DNA of 64,000 nt from Candidatus Omnitrophota bacterium (lineage in GTDB: Bacteria; Omnitrophota; Gorgyraeia; Zapsychrales; Zapsychraceae). The notes under the pieces were generated by a model. That model did no database searches, had not been told where the DNA came from, and saw only the letters and a program-made list of their open reading frames with translations. Location of the stretch: positions 143,984 to 207,983 of the forward strand of contig JAJDCA010000014.1 in NCBI GenBank assembly GCA_029261055.1, given 5' to 3'. Each line of letters opens with the position of its first letter. The stretch's first letter is position 1. Shown piece after piece: positions 1 through 9,231 of the stretch. The translations under genes and the position numbers were made by a program.

Positions 1-2
1 TG

Positions 3-563
3 CGTAATCCTCGTGAGACCGTACGGGATTTGTCTGAGTCTGTGATGCGGCAAGTCATCGGTGACAGTTCTGTTTCTGAAGCTCTGACGACGCGTCGTGT
101 GGTCATTAATCAAAAAGCCGAAGAAAAATTGCAGGCTATTTTGGATGGGTACGAAAGCGGAATTCAGATTGAACATGTCAAATTACAGGACGTTGACCCA
201 CCGGAAAAAGTGCAACGTTCGTTTAATGAGGTAAATGAGGCTAAGCAGGAAAAAGAGAAAGTCATCAACCAGGCGAGGGAAGCCGAGAATAAGGTTATCC
301 CCGAAGCTAAGGGAAAGGCTGAGAAAACCATCAGGGAATCCGAAGCCTACGCATTGGTACGTGTTAAAAATGCGGAAGGGGATGCGGCAAAATTTTTAGC
401 GACCTGGGAGGCCTACAAATTTTCTAAAGATATTACGCGTAAGCGTATGTATTTAGAGACACTTCAAAAGGTTATTCCTAAAGCCGGTAAAATTTATGTC
501 TTTGAACCAGGGGCAAATAATATTTTACCCTTATTGAAATTAAATGAAGGAGTTCAACAATGA
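3..563 (+). CDS. hflK: FtsH protease modulator HflK (5' truncated by window)
   Basis: SPFH-family C-terminal half (VKLQDVDPPEKVQRSFNEV...A coiled coil, RMYLETL); reading frame open to window start; overlaps hflC start. Confidence 0.93.
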   Translation, partial: RNPRETVRDLSESVMRQVIGDSSVSEALTTRRVVINQKAEEKLQAILDGYESGIQIEHVKLQDVDPPEKVQRSFNEVNEAKQEKEKVINQAREAENKVIPEAKGKAEKTIRESEAYALVRVKNAEGDAAKFLATWEAYKFSKDITRKRMYLETLQKVIPKAGKIYVFEPGANNILPLLKLNEGVQQ

Positions 564-1531
564 ATAAAATAAATAAAATATTACCTCTGATTGTCATTAT
601 TTTTGTTTTGATTGGCTCCTTATTTTTCAGTGGGGCTTTGTACACCGTGGATGAAACGCAACAGGTTATTGTGACTCGTTTTGGTGAGCCAATGGGCCAA
701 GCGATTACAGAAGCTGGATTACATTTTAAAATGCCGTTTGTTGAAAAGGCGACGTATTTTGAAAAACGACTTCTTCAATGGGACGGTGACCCGAATGAGA
801 TTCAGACGCTGGGAAAGAGATACATCTGGGTCGATACCACCGCCCGCTGGCGTATTGTCGATGCTCTAAAGTTTATGCAAACAGTGCGATCTGAGGTTAG
901 TGCTCAGGCACGGTTGGATGACATTATTGACGGAGCCACGCGCGATGTGATTGCCAGTCACAAACAGATCGAGTCCTTGCGTGATACCAACCGGCTGGTT
1001 GAAGAATTTAAAAAAGGAAAAATAAATGATGTTGATTTTGAGGTACAGCAAACCGCATTTGAGGCAATCAAATATGGGAGGGAAGGATTGAGCCGTATGA
1101 TTTTGAAACAATCCTCCAAAGCCATCTCGGAATTCGGGATTGAACTTGTCGATGTCAGGATTAAACGTATTAATTACATTCAGGATGTCCGCACCAAGGT
1201 GTATGACCGGATGATTTCCGAGCGTAATGCAGCAGCCGCCCGTTACCGCTCCGAAGGACAAGGAAAAAAAGCGGAAATTGAAGGGCAGATGGGGAAGGAA
1301 CTCAAGCGTATTCAGGCCGAGGCTTACAAAACAGCACAGGTCGTTAAAGGGGATGCTGACGCCAAGGCTATTAAAATTTACGCCAGTGCCTACAACAAAG
1401 ATCCGGACTTTTATGCGTTTCTTAAAACGTTAGAAAGTTACAAATACACCATCAATAAAGACACCACGCTTATGCTCACGACAGACAATGAATTCTACGA
1501 ACAGTTGCAAGGGGCAGGTAAGGCGCAATAA
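560..1531 (+). CDS. hflC: FtsH protease modulator HflC
   Basis: N-terminal TM helix, GLHFKMPF, DVRIKRI, RMISER, YNKDPDFYAFLKTLESY; follows hflK. Confidence 0.95.
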   Translation: MNKINKILPLIVIIFVLIGSLFFSGALYTVDETQQVIVTRFGEPMGQAITEAGLHFKMPFVEKATYFEKRLLQWDGDPNEIQTLGKRYIWVDTTARWRIVDALKFMQTVRSEVSAQARLDDIIDGATRDVIASHKQIESLRDTNRLVEEFKKGKINDVDFEVQQTAFEAIKYGREGLSRMILKQSSKAISEFGIELVDVRIKRINYIQDVRTKVYDRMISERNAAAARYRSEGQGKKAEIEGQMGKELKRIQAEAYKTAQVVKGDADAKAIKIYASAYNKDPDFYAFLKTLESYKYTINKDTTLMLTTDNEFYEQLQGAGKAQ

Positions 1532-1540
1532 ACGGTTTTT

Positions 1541-4333
1541 ATGAAATCTGATTCTCTCATCATTCGTGGAGCTAAGGAACATAATTTAAAAAATATTGAC
1601 CTCGTCATACCACGCAATAAGTTTGTGGTTGTGACGGGGTTAAGCGGTTCAGGCAAATCTTCTTTGGCGTTTGATACCATTTATGCTGAGGGGCAGCGGC
1701 GGTATGTTGAAAGCCTTTCGGCGTATGCCCGCCAGTTTTTAGAGCAGTTGAAGAAGCCGGATGTGGAATCCATTGAAGGTCTTTCGCCCACCATTTCCAT
1801 CGAACAAAAAACTACCAGTCGCAATCCTCGTTCAACGGTGGCTACTCAGACAGAAATTAATGATTATTTACGTTTATTGTTTGCCCGTATCGGCACGCCG
1901 TATTGTTACAAATGTGGCAAGGTTATTGATCGTCAAACGATTCAGGAAATCGTTAAGCAGATTTTGGTTTACAAAGAAGGCACCGCTTTATTGCTTTTAG
2001 CTCCGCTTATTCGAGGGCGCAAAGGGGAGTATCGCAATATTGCCAATCAAGTCGCTAAGGCTGGTTTTGCGCGTTTAAGAGTGGATGGTCAGATTTATGC
2101 CGTCGAAGATACGATTCAATTGGACAAATACAAAGTGCATCATATTGAAGTTGTGGTGGATCGTCTTAAGATTAAACCGGGCATAAAAAAGCGGCTTACC
2201 GATTCTATTGAAACAGCGCTTCAGACAGGTCAGGGCATCATGATGGTAGATTTTGATGGCAAGTTTCCTGAAAAACTTTTTAGTGAAAAATATGCCTGTG
2301 TAGATTGTGGTGTCAGTATTACGGAGGTGGAACCGCGCACGTTTTCTTTTAATTCTCCCTATGGGGCGTGTCCGGAATGTAAGGGGCTGGGGACCAAGAT
2401 GGAAATTGATCCGGAGCTGTTGGTGCCGGATATTTCTAAGGCGTGGGTGAATGCGATTGCTCCTGCTAAAAAAGGACGGCGGGGATATTTGATGTATTAC
2501 CGGGCTGTGATGAGGGAATTAGCTAAACTTCATAAAATGGATGCGTATGCGCCATTTGAAGAGTTGAATTCAGAAATGAAAAATGTTATTTTTTATGGTT
2601 CCGAAGACGTGATTTTTGGCAAGCCGTACGAGGGGGTGGCTAATTATTTGGAGCGACTATTTATTGAGACGGACAGCAGTTGGCTTAAAGACGAAATTTC
2701 ACGCTACATGTCGGTTTTGCCCTGTCTTGTGTGTAAAGGTTCACGGTTTAGAAAGGAATCGTTGGCAGTAAAGGTTGCAGGAAAGAATATTGCGGAAGTG
2801 ACTTTATTTTCGATTGAGAAAGCCAAAGAGTTTTTTTCTAATTTAAAGTTGTCTAAAGATAAGGCCATTATTAGCGAGGCGATTTTTAAAGAAATTAATC
2901 GGCGCCTGGATTTTTGTTTGAATGTGGGATTAGGGTATTTGACGTTAGATCGTAAAAGTTCCACGCTTTCCGGCGGGGAGGCGGAGCGTATTCGTCTGGC
3001 GACTCAGGTAGGGTCCGGACTGGTGGGGGTGATTTACATTTTAGATGAACCCAGTATTGGTTTGCATGCCAAAGACAATGAGCGGCTTTTATCTACGCTG
3101 CATGCTTTGCGGGATATGGGGAATACGTTGATTGTGGTTGAGCACGATGAAGAAACGATTCGCCGATCAGATTACATCATCGACCTTGGTCCCGGAGCAG
3201 GCGTTCATGGGGGTGAGGTGACTTACAAAGGCACTGTGGCGGGGGCACTTAAATCTAAGGGTTCCTTGACGGGGCAATATTTGAGCGGCCGGTTAAAAAT
3301 TTCCAAACCAACGACACGGCGCGAGAGTGTTAAGGCGAATCAAATTAAAGTTTTTGGGGCTAAAGAAAATAATCTTAAAAATATTACGGTGAGTGTGCCT
3401 TTGGGCACCTTTACATGTATCACCGGTGTTTCAGGTTCAGGAAAGTCGACTTTGGTGGATGAAATTTTGTACAAAGTTTTAGCGCAGAAAATTTATCATT
3501 CCAAAGAAAAACCTGGAAAACATCGTAAGGTTACCGGGGTTGAGCATATTGATAAAGTGATTGAAGTTGACCAATCGCCGATCGGTCGTACGCCGCGGTC
3601 TAATCCAGCGACGTACACAGGGATTTTTAGCCATATTCGTGATTTATTCAGCCGGTTGCCGGAATCTAAAATGCGGGGATACAAACCCGGACGTTTTAGT
3701 TTTAATGTGAAGGGTGGACGGTGTGAGGCTTGCAAAGGAGATGGAATTTTAAAAATTGAAATGCATTTTTTGCCGGATGTGTATGTGGAATGTGAAGTAT
3801 GCCATGGGGCGAGGTTTACGGAACAGACGTTGGAAGTTGAATTTCACGGGAAAAATATCACGGACATTTTAGGCTTGTCTGTGGTGGACGCTTTGGATCT
3901 TTTTCAAAATATTCCACGTGTTAAGAAAATATTGCAGACCTTAAATGATGTAGGGCTTGGGTACATTAAACTTGGCCAACCGGCAACGACACTTTCCGGT
4001 GGAGAGGCGCAACGGGTGAAGTTGGCGAGTGAATTATGTAAAATGGCAACAGGACGGACATTGTACATTTTGGATGAGCCGACGACAGGATTGCATTTTG
4101 CTGATGTGGAGAAGTTATTGGTTGTTTTACAACGGTTGGTGGATAAAGGGAATACGGTTTTGATAATTGAACATAATTTGGAAGTGATTAAGAATGCGGA
4201 TTATGTTATTGATTTGGGTCCCGAAGGAGGCGATCGAGGTGGTCAAGTCATTTTTGCCGGCTCACCGGAGGCTCTCAGTCAACATAAAACTTCTTACACC
4301 GGGAAGTATTTGCTGGAGGCGCTTAAAAAATAA
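1541..4333 (+). CDS. uvrA: Excinuclease ABC subunit A
   Basis: GAKEHNLKNI, TGLSGSGKSSLAFDTIYAEGQRRYVES, two ABC cassettes (LSGGEA) and Zn fingers. Confidence 0.99.
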   Translation: MKSDSLIIRGAKEHNLKNIDLVIPRNKFVVVTGLSGSGKSSLAFDTIYAEGQRRYVESLSAYARQFLEQLKKPDVESIEGLSPTISIEQKTTSRNPRSTVATQTEINDYLRLLFARIGTPYCYKCGKVIDRQTIQEIVKQILVYKEGTALLLLAPLIRGRKGEYRNIANQVAKAGFARLRVDGQIYAVEDTIQLDKYKVHHIEVVVDRLKIKPGIKKRLTDSIETALQTGQGIMMVDFDGKFPEKLFSEKYACVDCGVSITEVEPRTFSFNSPYGACPECKGLGTKMEIDPELLVPDISKAWVNAIAPAKKGRRGYLMYYRAVMRELAKLHKMDAYAPFEELNSEMKNVIFYGSEDVIFGKPYEGVANYLERLFIETDSSWLKDEISRYMSVLPCLVCKGSRFRKESLAVKVAGKNIAEVTLFSIEKAKEFFSNLKLSKDKAIISEAIFKEINRRLDFCLNVGLGYLTLDRKSSTLSGGEAERIRLATQVGSGLVGVIYILDEPSIGLHAKDNERLLSTLHALRDMGNTLIVVEHDEETIRRSDYIIDLGPGAGVHGGEVTYKGTVAGALKSKGSLTGQYLSGRLKISKPTTRRESVKANQIKVFGAKENNLKNITVSVPLGTFTCITGVSGSGKSTLVDEILYKVLAQKIYHSKEKPGKHRKVTGVEHIDKVIEVDQSPIGRTPRSNPATYTGIFSHIRDLFSRLPESKMRGYKPGRFSFNVKGGRCEACKGDGILKIEMHFLPDVYVECEVCHGARFTEQTLEVEFHGKNITDILGLSVVDALDLFQNIPRVKKILQTLNDVGLGYIKLGQPATTLSGGEAQRVKLASELCKMATGRTLYILDEPTTGLHFADVEKLLVVLQRLVDKGNTVLIIEHNLEVIKNADYVIDLGPEGGDRGGQVIFAGSPEALSQHKTSYTGKYLLEALKK

Positions 4334-6828
4334 TGAATTTTTTAATTTTCAAAAATAATTTATTGCAAAAGTTTAGCATAGTTATTTTGATGCTTTCTTT
4401 TTTGTGTGGATCTGTTGGCCTGTTACAGGCTCAAGAAAATGAACAAGAATTATTCTTGGTTGCGCAAAAGGCGTTTGAGGATGGGTTTTACGACGTGGCG
4501 ATGCGCTACATTAATCAACTTTTGGAACAATATCCTCAAACAGAAAAACGTGTGGAGACCAATCTATTATTGGGGCAGTGTTATTTTTTTAAGAGTCAAT
4601 ATCTTAAGGCCTATGATATTTTTCAGGATACGTTGCAATATGCAAAATTAAAAGATGCTACGATTTTTTGGCTTGGGGAAACATATTTAAAAGGAGCCGA
4701 TTACAAACAAGCAGAACAACATTACCGTCAGGTGATTGATGTTTATCCACATTCAGAATACGCGCCGCAAGCTTATTATTCATTGGGATGGGTATTTTTT
4801 GAGCGAAATGAATTTGTCGAAGCCAAGGAATTATTTCTTAAGTTAATTAAGAATTTTCCTATCCATCAACTTACCGAAGATGCGCTTTTTAAATTAGGTG
4901 AGTCTGAATACAATCTGCAGTCTTACGAAACGACCATTCAATATTTTACCAATTATGTTATGCGCTATCCTCAGTCAAGACGTCATGCCCAATGTTATTT
5001 TTACATCGCGGAGGCGTATTACTATTTGCAGGATGTTTTAACGGCGGTCACATATTACGCCAAGGCCGCCGAAATGGCTTACGACAATAATTTAATTCTT
5101 ATGGCAAGAGTCAGCTTAGGGTGGAGTTATCTTAAGCTTGGGAAGCTCAACTTAGCGCAGGGGCATTTTGATAGTGCCTATCAATTTTCGACTGAAAAAG
5201 GTATTCTGACGGATGATGTTCTTTTGGGGCAGGCTAGTCTTTATGTTGAAATGGGCCAGCACAAAAAAGCTATTGCTTCTTATGGAGAATTGATTGAGCA
5301 GTTTGTGAATAGTTCAAGAATTGCAGAGGCCTATTTGGGGTATGCCAATACTTACTATTTATTGGGAAAATATGCTGCGGCGATTAAATCGTACAAAATA
5401 CTTATTGAAAAATTGTCTGAAGATAAGGGGCGTCCTGAAATTATGGAAAAAGCCTACTTTGGTTTAGCCTGGGCCTATTTAAAAGCCGGCAATATTGATT
5501 CTTCTATTAAAACATTTGAAACAATTAAAGATAAAACACAAAGTAAGACAGTGAAAATCAGTGCCTTGACTCAAATTGGGGATGCTTATCAGGATGTTGG
5601 TCAATTTGAAAATGCCATTGAAATTTATGATAAAATCTTAAGAGAGTATCCGGAAAGTATTTATGTTGATTATGTGCAATACCGTCAAGGTATTGCCCTT
5701 TTAAAAATGGAAAGGATAGATGCGGCCACATTGTCGTTTCAGAGTTTGCAGACAAATTTTCCAGAGAGTCAATATCTTGCGGATGTGAAATATTATTTAG
5801 CGGTGGCCTATTTTACAAAGGAAGATTGGGCCACAGCGAAAAAACAAATTGTAGATTTTATTAATGGCGGATCCGGAGGGAGTGAACTTTTAGCTGAAGC
5901 GAATTACATTTTAGCTTTGTCGTATTTCAATCTTGAAGAATACAATGAAGCACAAAAGATTTTTCAGAAAATTATTCGAAACTACCCCAGTCAATCCGCT
6001 ATGCTTAAGAAGGCTGAGGTCAGTATTGCCAAATGTATTTACAAGTTAGGCGATGTTAAGACTGCTTTAAAAAGGTTTAAAATTTTTATTTACAAATATC
6101 CACAATCAGAAGCCACACAAGAGGCTTTAATGTGGTTGGGAGAACATTATGAAGAAAGCGAAGAATTGAGTCAGTCTCTCGGGTATTACGAAAAATTTAT
6201 TGCAGATTTTCCGGGTAGTGAAAAATTAGGAACGGTTTATTACAAATTAGGTCAAGTTTATGAAGCCCAACAAGAATATGATCAAGCCATCAAGGCTTTT
6301 AAAAAGATTAACGCTGAAAAAGATTCTTCTCTTTTTGCACAGGCTCAGCTTGCGATTGCAAGTATTTTTACAAAAGAGTTAGATCATGAAAAAGCATTAA
6401 AAACATATCAGGATATTATTTTGACATCGCCGGAATTTAAACGAGATGCCTATGTAAAAATTGCTGAAGTTTGGATGGCAGCGAAAGATTATGCTAAGAC
6501 TATTGTTGCTTATCAAAATGCACTTCATTCAGATAAAGGGGAAAGTAAATTCATAAAAGCTCAATTGCAATTTAATATTGCAGATATGTATGAACGTTTG
6601 AATCAACGAAAGGCTAGTGTTGACGAATATCTTAAAATTCCTTACCTTTATCCCGAAGATGTTCCATGGGTTGTGAGGGCTTATTTACGTGTTGGAAGGA
6701 TTTTTGAAGATGATGAACAATGGGAAGATGCAAAAATTATTTACAATAAAATTGTTCAATTTCAGACGGATGAGTTAAAATTTGCTCAGGAACGCCTTGA
6801 ATGGATTGAAAAAAATACCGTGGAGTAA
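4333..6828 (+). CDS. Large exported tetratricopeptide-repeat protein (CpoB/BamD-like repeats)
   Basis: Signal-peptide-like N-terminus, many TPR pairs with YPxS turns; start overlaps the uvrA stop (TAATG). Confidence 0.85.
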   Translation: MNFLIFKNNLLQKFSIVILMLSFLCGSVGLLQAQENEQELFLVAQKAFEDGFYDVAMRYINQLLEQYPQTEKRVETNLLLGQCYFFKSQYLKAYDIFQDTLQYAKLKDATIFWLGETYLKGADYKQAEQHYRQVIDVYPHSEYAPQAYYSLGWVFFERNEFVEAKELFLKLIKNFPIHQLTEDALFKLGESEYNLQSYETTIQYFTNYVMRYPQSRRHAQCYFYIAEAYYYLQDVLTAVTYYAKAAEMAYDNNLILMARVSLGWSYLKLGKLNLAQGHFDSAYQFSTEKGILTDDVLLGQASLYVEMGQHKKAIASYGELIEQFVNSSRIAEAYLGYANTYYLLGKYAAAIKSYKILIEKLSEDKGRPEIMEKAYFGLAWAYLKAGNIDSSIKTFETIKDKTQSKTVKISALTQIGDAYQDVGQFENAIEIYDKILREYPESIYVDYVQYRQGIALLKMERIDAATLSFQSLQTNFPESQYLADVKYYLAVAYFTKEDWATAKKQIVDFINGGSGGSELLAEANYILALSYFNLEEYNEAQKIFQKIIRNYPSQSAMLKKAEVSIAKCIYKLGDVKTALKRFKIFIYKYPQSEATQEALMWLGEHYEESEELSQSLGYYEKFIADFPGSEKLGTVYYKLGQVYEAQQEYDQAIKAFKKINAEKDSSLFAQAQLAIASIFTKELDHEKALKTYQDIILTSPEFKRDAYVKIAEVWMAAKDYAKTIVAYQNALHSDKGESKFIKAQLQFNIADMYERLNQRKASVDEYLKIPYLYPEDVPWVVRAYLRVGRIFEDDEQWEDAKIIYNKIVQFQTDELKFAQERLEWIEKNTVE

Positions 6829-6840
6829 AAATTTATTATT

Positions 6841-6948
6841 AAAGAAGCAAGAGGCAGAGAAGCAAGAAGCAAAGAATTAAGCAAATAAATTAATTTAGTT
6901 TTTGTTTTTTCTTTGCATCTTATTGCTTTACTTCTCTATTTCTTAAAG
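6841..6948. repeat. Degenerate 7-8-mer inverted repeat element (AAGAAGC/AAGAGGC arm ... GCTTCT/GCATCTT arm), copy A
   Basis: Purine-rich arm aaagaagc-aagaggc-agagaagc-aagaagc and a pyrimidine-rich complementary arm; similar copies at about 49.7, 50.8 and 55.1 kb. Confidence 0.7.
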
Positions 6949-6961
6949 GTGAGGAGAAGCA

Positions 6962-7612
6962 ATGGATACTATTTGGGAAATGAGCGCATGGAAGTTGATC
7001 AAAGCAGGGGGGCCGATTATGGTTCCGATTTTATTGTGTTCGTTATTTGCGCTGACGATTATTGTTGAAAAGTTTTGGTATTTTTTCTTAATTAAAACAA
7101 ATGTTCTTCAACTTAAGCAGCAGGTATTTGACTATTTAAAAAATAATAAGATTCCGGAAGCTGTGGAATTATGTGATGCCAACCGTTCGCCTGTAGCTAA
7201 AATTCTTAAGGCCGGAGTTGTGAAATTTGGGTCTTCTCGAGAATCAATTAAAGAGAATATGGAAGATGTTAGTTTATTTGAAATTCCTAAATTGGAAAGT
7301 CGCTTAGGGGCACTGGCGACCATTGCGCATATTTCTCCTTTGTTGGGGCTTTTGGGGACGGTGACAGGTATGGCGGCAAGTTTTCATACGATTCAGATGA
7401 GGGCGGCATCTCTGAACCCTGTCACCCCAGGCGATTTAGCCGGTGGAATCGGCGAGGCCCTTTTGACGACTGTGGCAGGCCTTATGGTCGCCATTCCGAC
7501 ATTTGTTGCCTACAATTATTGTATCAACCGTATTAATTATTTTGTTTTGGAAATGGAGAGAGGGGCAACGGAATTGGTGAATTTTATGAGCCAGACCGCG
7601 GAGGTAAAATGA
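6962..7612 (+). CDS. exbB: MotA/TolQ/ExbB proton channel protein
   Basis: SPLLGLLGTVTGM and GIGEALLTTVAGLMVAIP motifs, three TM helices. Confidence 0.92.
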   Translation: MDTIWEMSAWKLIKAGGPIMVPILLCSLFALTIIVEKFWYFFLIKTNVLQLKQQVFDYLKNNKIPEAVELCDANRSPVAKILKAGVVKFGSSRESIKENMEDVSLFEIPKLESRLGALATIAHISPLLGLLGTVTGMAASFHTIQMRAASLNPVTPGDLAGGIGEALLTTVAGLMVAIPTFVAYNYCINRINYFVLEMERGATELVNFMSQTAEVK

Positions 7613-8013
7613 AATTTAAAAGGCATGCGAAATTAGAACATGGATTAAAGCAGATTGATATTGCCCCGTTGATTGATGTTATTTTTCAGCTTTTAATATT
7701 TTTTATGCTTTCATCTTCTTTTACGTTTCAATCCGGAATTAGCGTAAAGCTGCCCAAAGCCGTAACAAGTGATATTATCAAAGAAGAAAATTTTATTATT
7801 ACCATTACCGGTGAAAATGTTGTTTACTTCAACGGCGTGATTTCCACGTTAAAAGAATTGAAACAAAAGTTAGATCGGCCTAATATTAAAAAAAGACCGC
7901 TTCTTATTAAGGCTGATCGACGGGCATCTGTTGGGCGTATTGTTGACATATGGGATTTGTGTCGGAATTTAGAAATTGAAAAGATTAACATTGCAACGAA
8001 CCAGGAGAGGTGA
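7609..8013 (+). CDS. exbD: ExbD/TolR biopolymer transport protein
   Basis: DIAPLIDVIFQLLIFFML with conserved TM Asp, ISVKLPKA, LLIKADR. Confidence 0.92.
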   Translation: MKFKRHAKLEHGLKQIDIAPLIDVIFQLLIFFMLSSSFTFQSGISVKLPKAVTSDIIKEENFIITITGENVVYFNGVISTLKELKQKLDRPNIKKRPLLIKADRRASVGRIVDIWDLCRNLEIEKINIATNQER

Positions 8014-8441
8014 TGATAGGCCGATCTTTCATCGTTTCATTTTTTTTGCATCTTATTATTTTTAGTGCTTTTATTTTTGTCCTTCCCGCCCGTTTTAATT
8101 TCCCTAAACCTATGTTTGTTTTTTTAGGGCCAATTTTAAAAAGTCAAAATATTGTTGGGCTAGGGGCAAAAGGAAAGAAGGCCAAAATAAATGTCAGTCT
8201 ACGAAAGTTTGTTTATGGGGTTCAGGAAAAACGTGCTTTTTCTGTAATGGGTGTAGACAAGAAATGGGCACAGGCATCTAAGGAATTTATTGATCCCCCT
8301 AAAAGATCCTTAAAGTCATTTTTTGGGATGAACGGACAAACACAACATTCTTTAAAAGATAACAGGAAATCAGATTTAAAGGATATCGGTGTAGATATGG
8401 ATACAACGCCCTATCATCCTCTAAAATTTAATTCGCCATGA
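8010..8441 (+). CDS. TonB/TolA-like membrane-anchored protein lacking a recognisable TonB C-terminal domain
   Basis: N-terminal TM helix with S-x3-H (SFFLH), Lys-rich tail, directly after exbD. Confidence 0.55.
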   Translation: MMIGRSFIVSFFLHLIIFSAFIFVLPARFNFPKPMFVFLGPILKSQNIVGLGAKGKKAKINVSLRKFVYGVQEKRAFSVMGVDKKWAQASKEFIDPPKRSLKSFFGMNGQTQHSLKDNRKSDLKDIGVDMDTTPYHPLKFNSP

Positions 8442-8683
8442 TTAAAATTGACATCGTTGTAGCCATATCGATATATTTATCTTTTACATTGGCGCTTGTT
8501 TTTATTTTCTGGATATTTTATACTTGTAATGCAAAGAGTGTTATGGGAGAAAGTAACTATTTGAAGCAATGTGTTTATTGTACGTATGTTTTTTTTGAGT
8601 ATAAAAAAAAGAATGTACTGATTTGTCCAAGATGTAAGAGTTACATAACTATGGAGAAGGATTACGGTAGTACAAAAAAGTAG
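8438..8683 (+). CDS. Small membrane protein with Zn-ribbon (CxxC...CxxC)
   Basis: One TM helix then CVYC and CPRC; overlaps upstream stop. Confidence 0.65.
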   Translation: MIKIDIVVAISIYLSFTLALVFIFWIFYTCNAKSVMGESNYLKQCVYCTYVFFEYKKKNVLICPRCKSYITMEKDYGSTKK

Positions 8684-8695
8684 GTAAAGGAGATT

Positions 8696-9037
8696 GTGAT
8701 AATGTTAAGACAGTTAAAACGTAATAAGCAAGGGGTAGTTTTTATTACAATTCTTACAGTAATTCTTGGGTTAATGATTTTACTTGTAGGTTTTATGAGT
8801 TTAAACGTGAGTCAAGTTATGATTACAGAAAAAGAAATTGATAGTATTCAAGCAGAAATCGTTGGTTTAGGAGCCCTTGGAAGAGCCTTAGTAAGCCAAA
8901 TGTCTGCGACCCCCGCCAATTTAATCACCTACAATCAGATGATTGGCCAAAAAACATTTGATATTATTATTACTAGAGATACTTCTGGTGGCGGAATTAG
9001 TGGTACTGACATGTTAAGTGTTACAGTAGATTATTGA
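8696..9037 (+). CDS. PilX/GspK-like minor pilin
   Basis: Basic leader KRNKQG|VVFITIL hydrophobic helix without Glu5; AAGGAG RBS before GTG. Confidence 0.6.
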   Translation: MIMLRQLKRNKQGVVFITILTVILGLMILLVGFMSLNVSQVMITEKEIDSIQAEIVGLGALGRALVSQMSATPANLITYNQMIGQKTFDIIITRDTSGGGISGTDMLSVTVDY

Positions 9038-9096
9038 TCTTCCTTAAAGCCCTTCTTAAATTTGGTTTAATTTTATTAAAATAATAGAGGATGTTA

Positions 9097-9125
9097 TTGA
9101 CAGAGTACTCCTGGTATTGTCTAAT
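9097..9125 (+). promoter_or_regulatory. Possible sigma70 promoter for the pilMN operon
   Basis: TTGACA-17 nt-TCTAAT; -10 element imperfect. Confidence 0.35.
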
Positions 9126-9231
9126 TGTAATGGTATTGTAGAGACAAGGCGGAGCTTCATCTGAGACGTGGCAGCATGATGTTTTTACAGCAAGCATTCA
9201 ACCTGTAGCAAGAGTAAGGTTTTTTTAAAAA

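Noticed and set aside
9138-9190. Possible riboswitch or REP in the pilMN leader (GTAGAGAC...)
   Set aside because: Only a weak, degenerate resemblance to GTAG REPs; no convincing stem or aptamer consensus.
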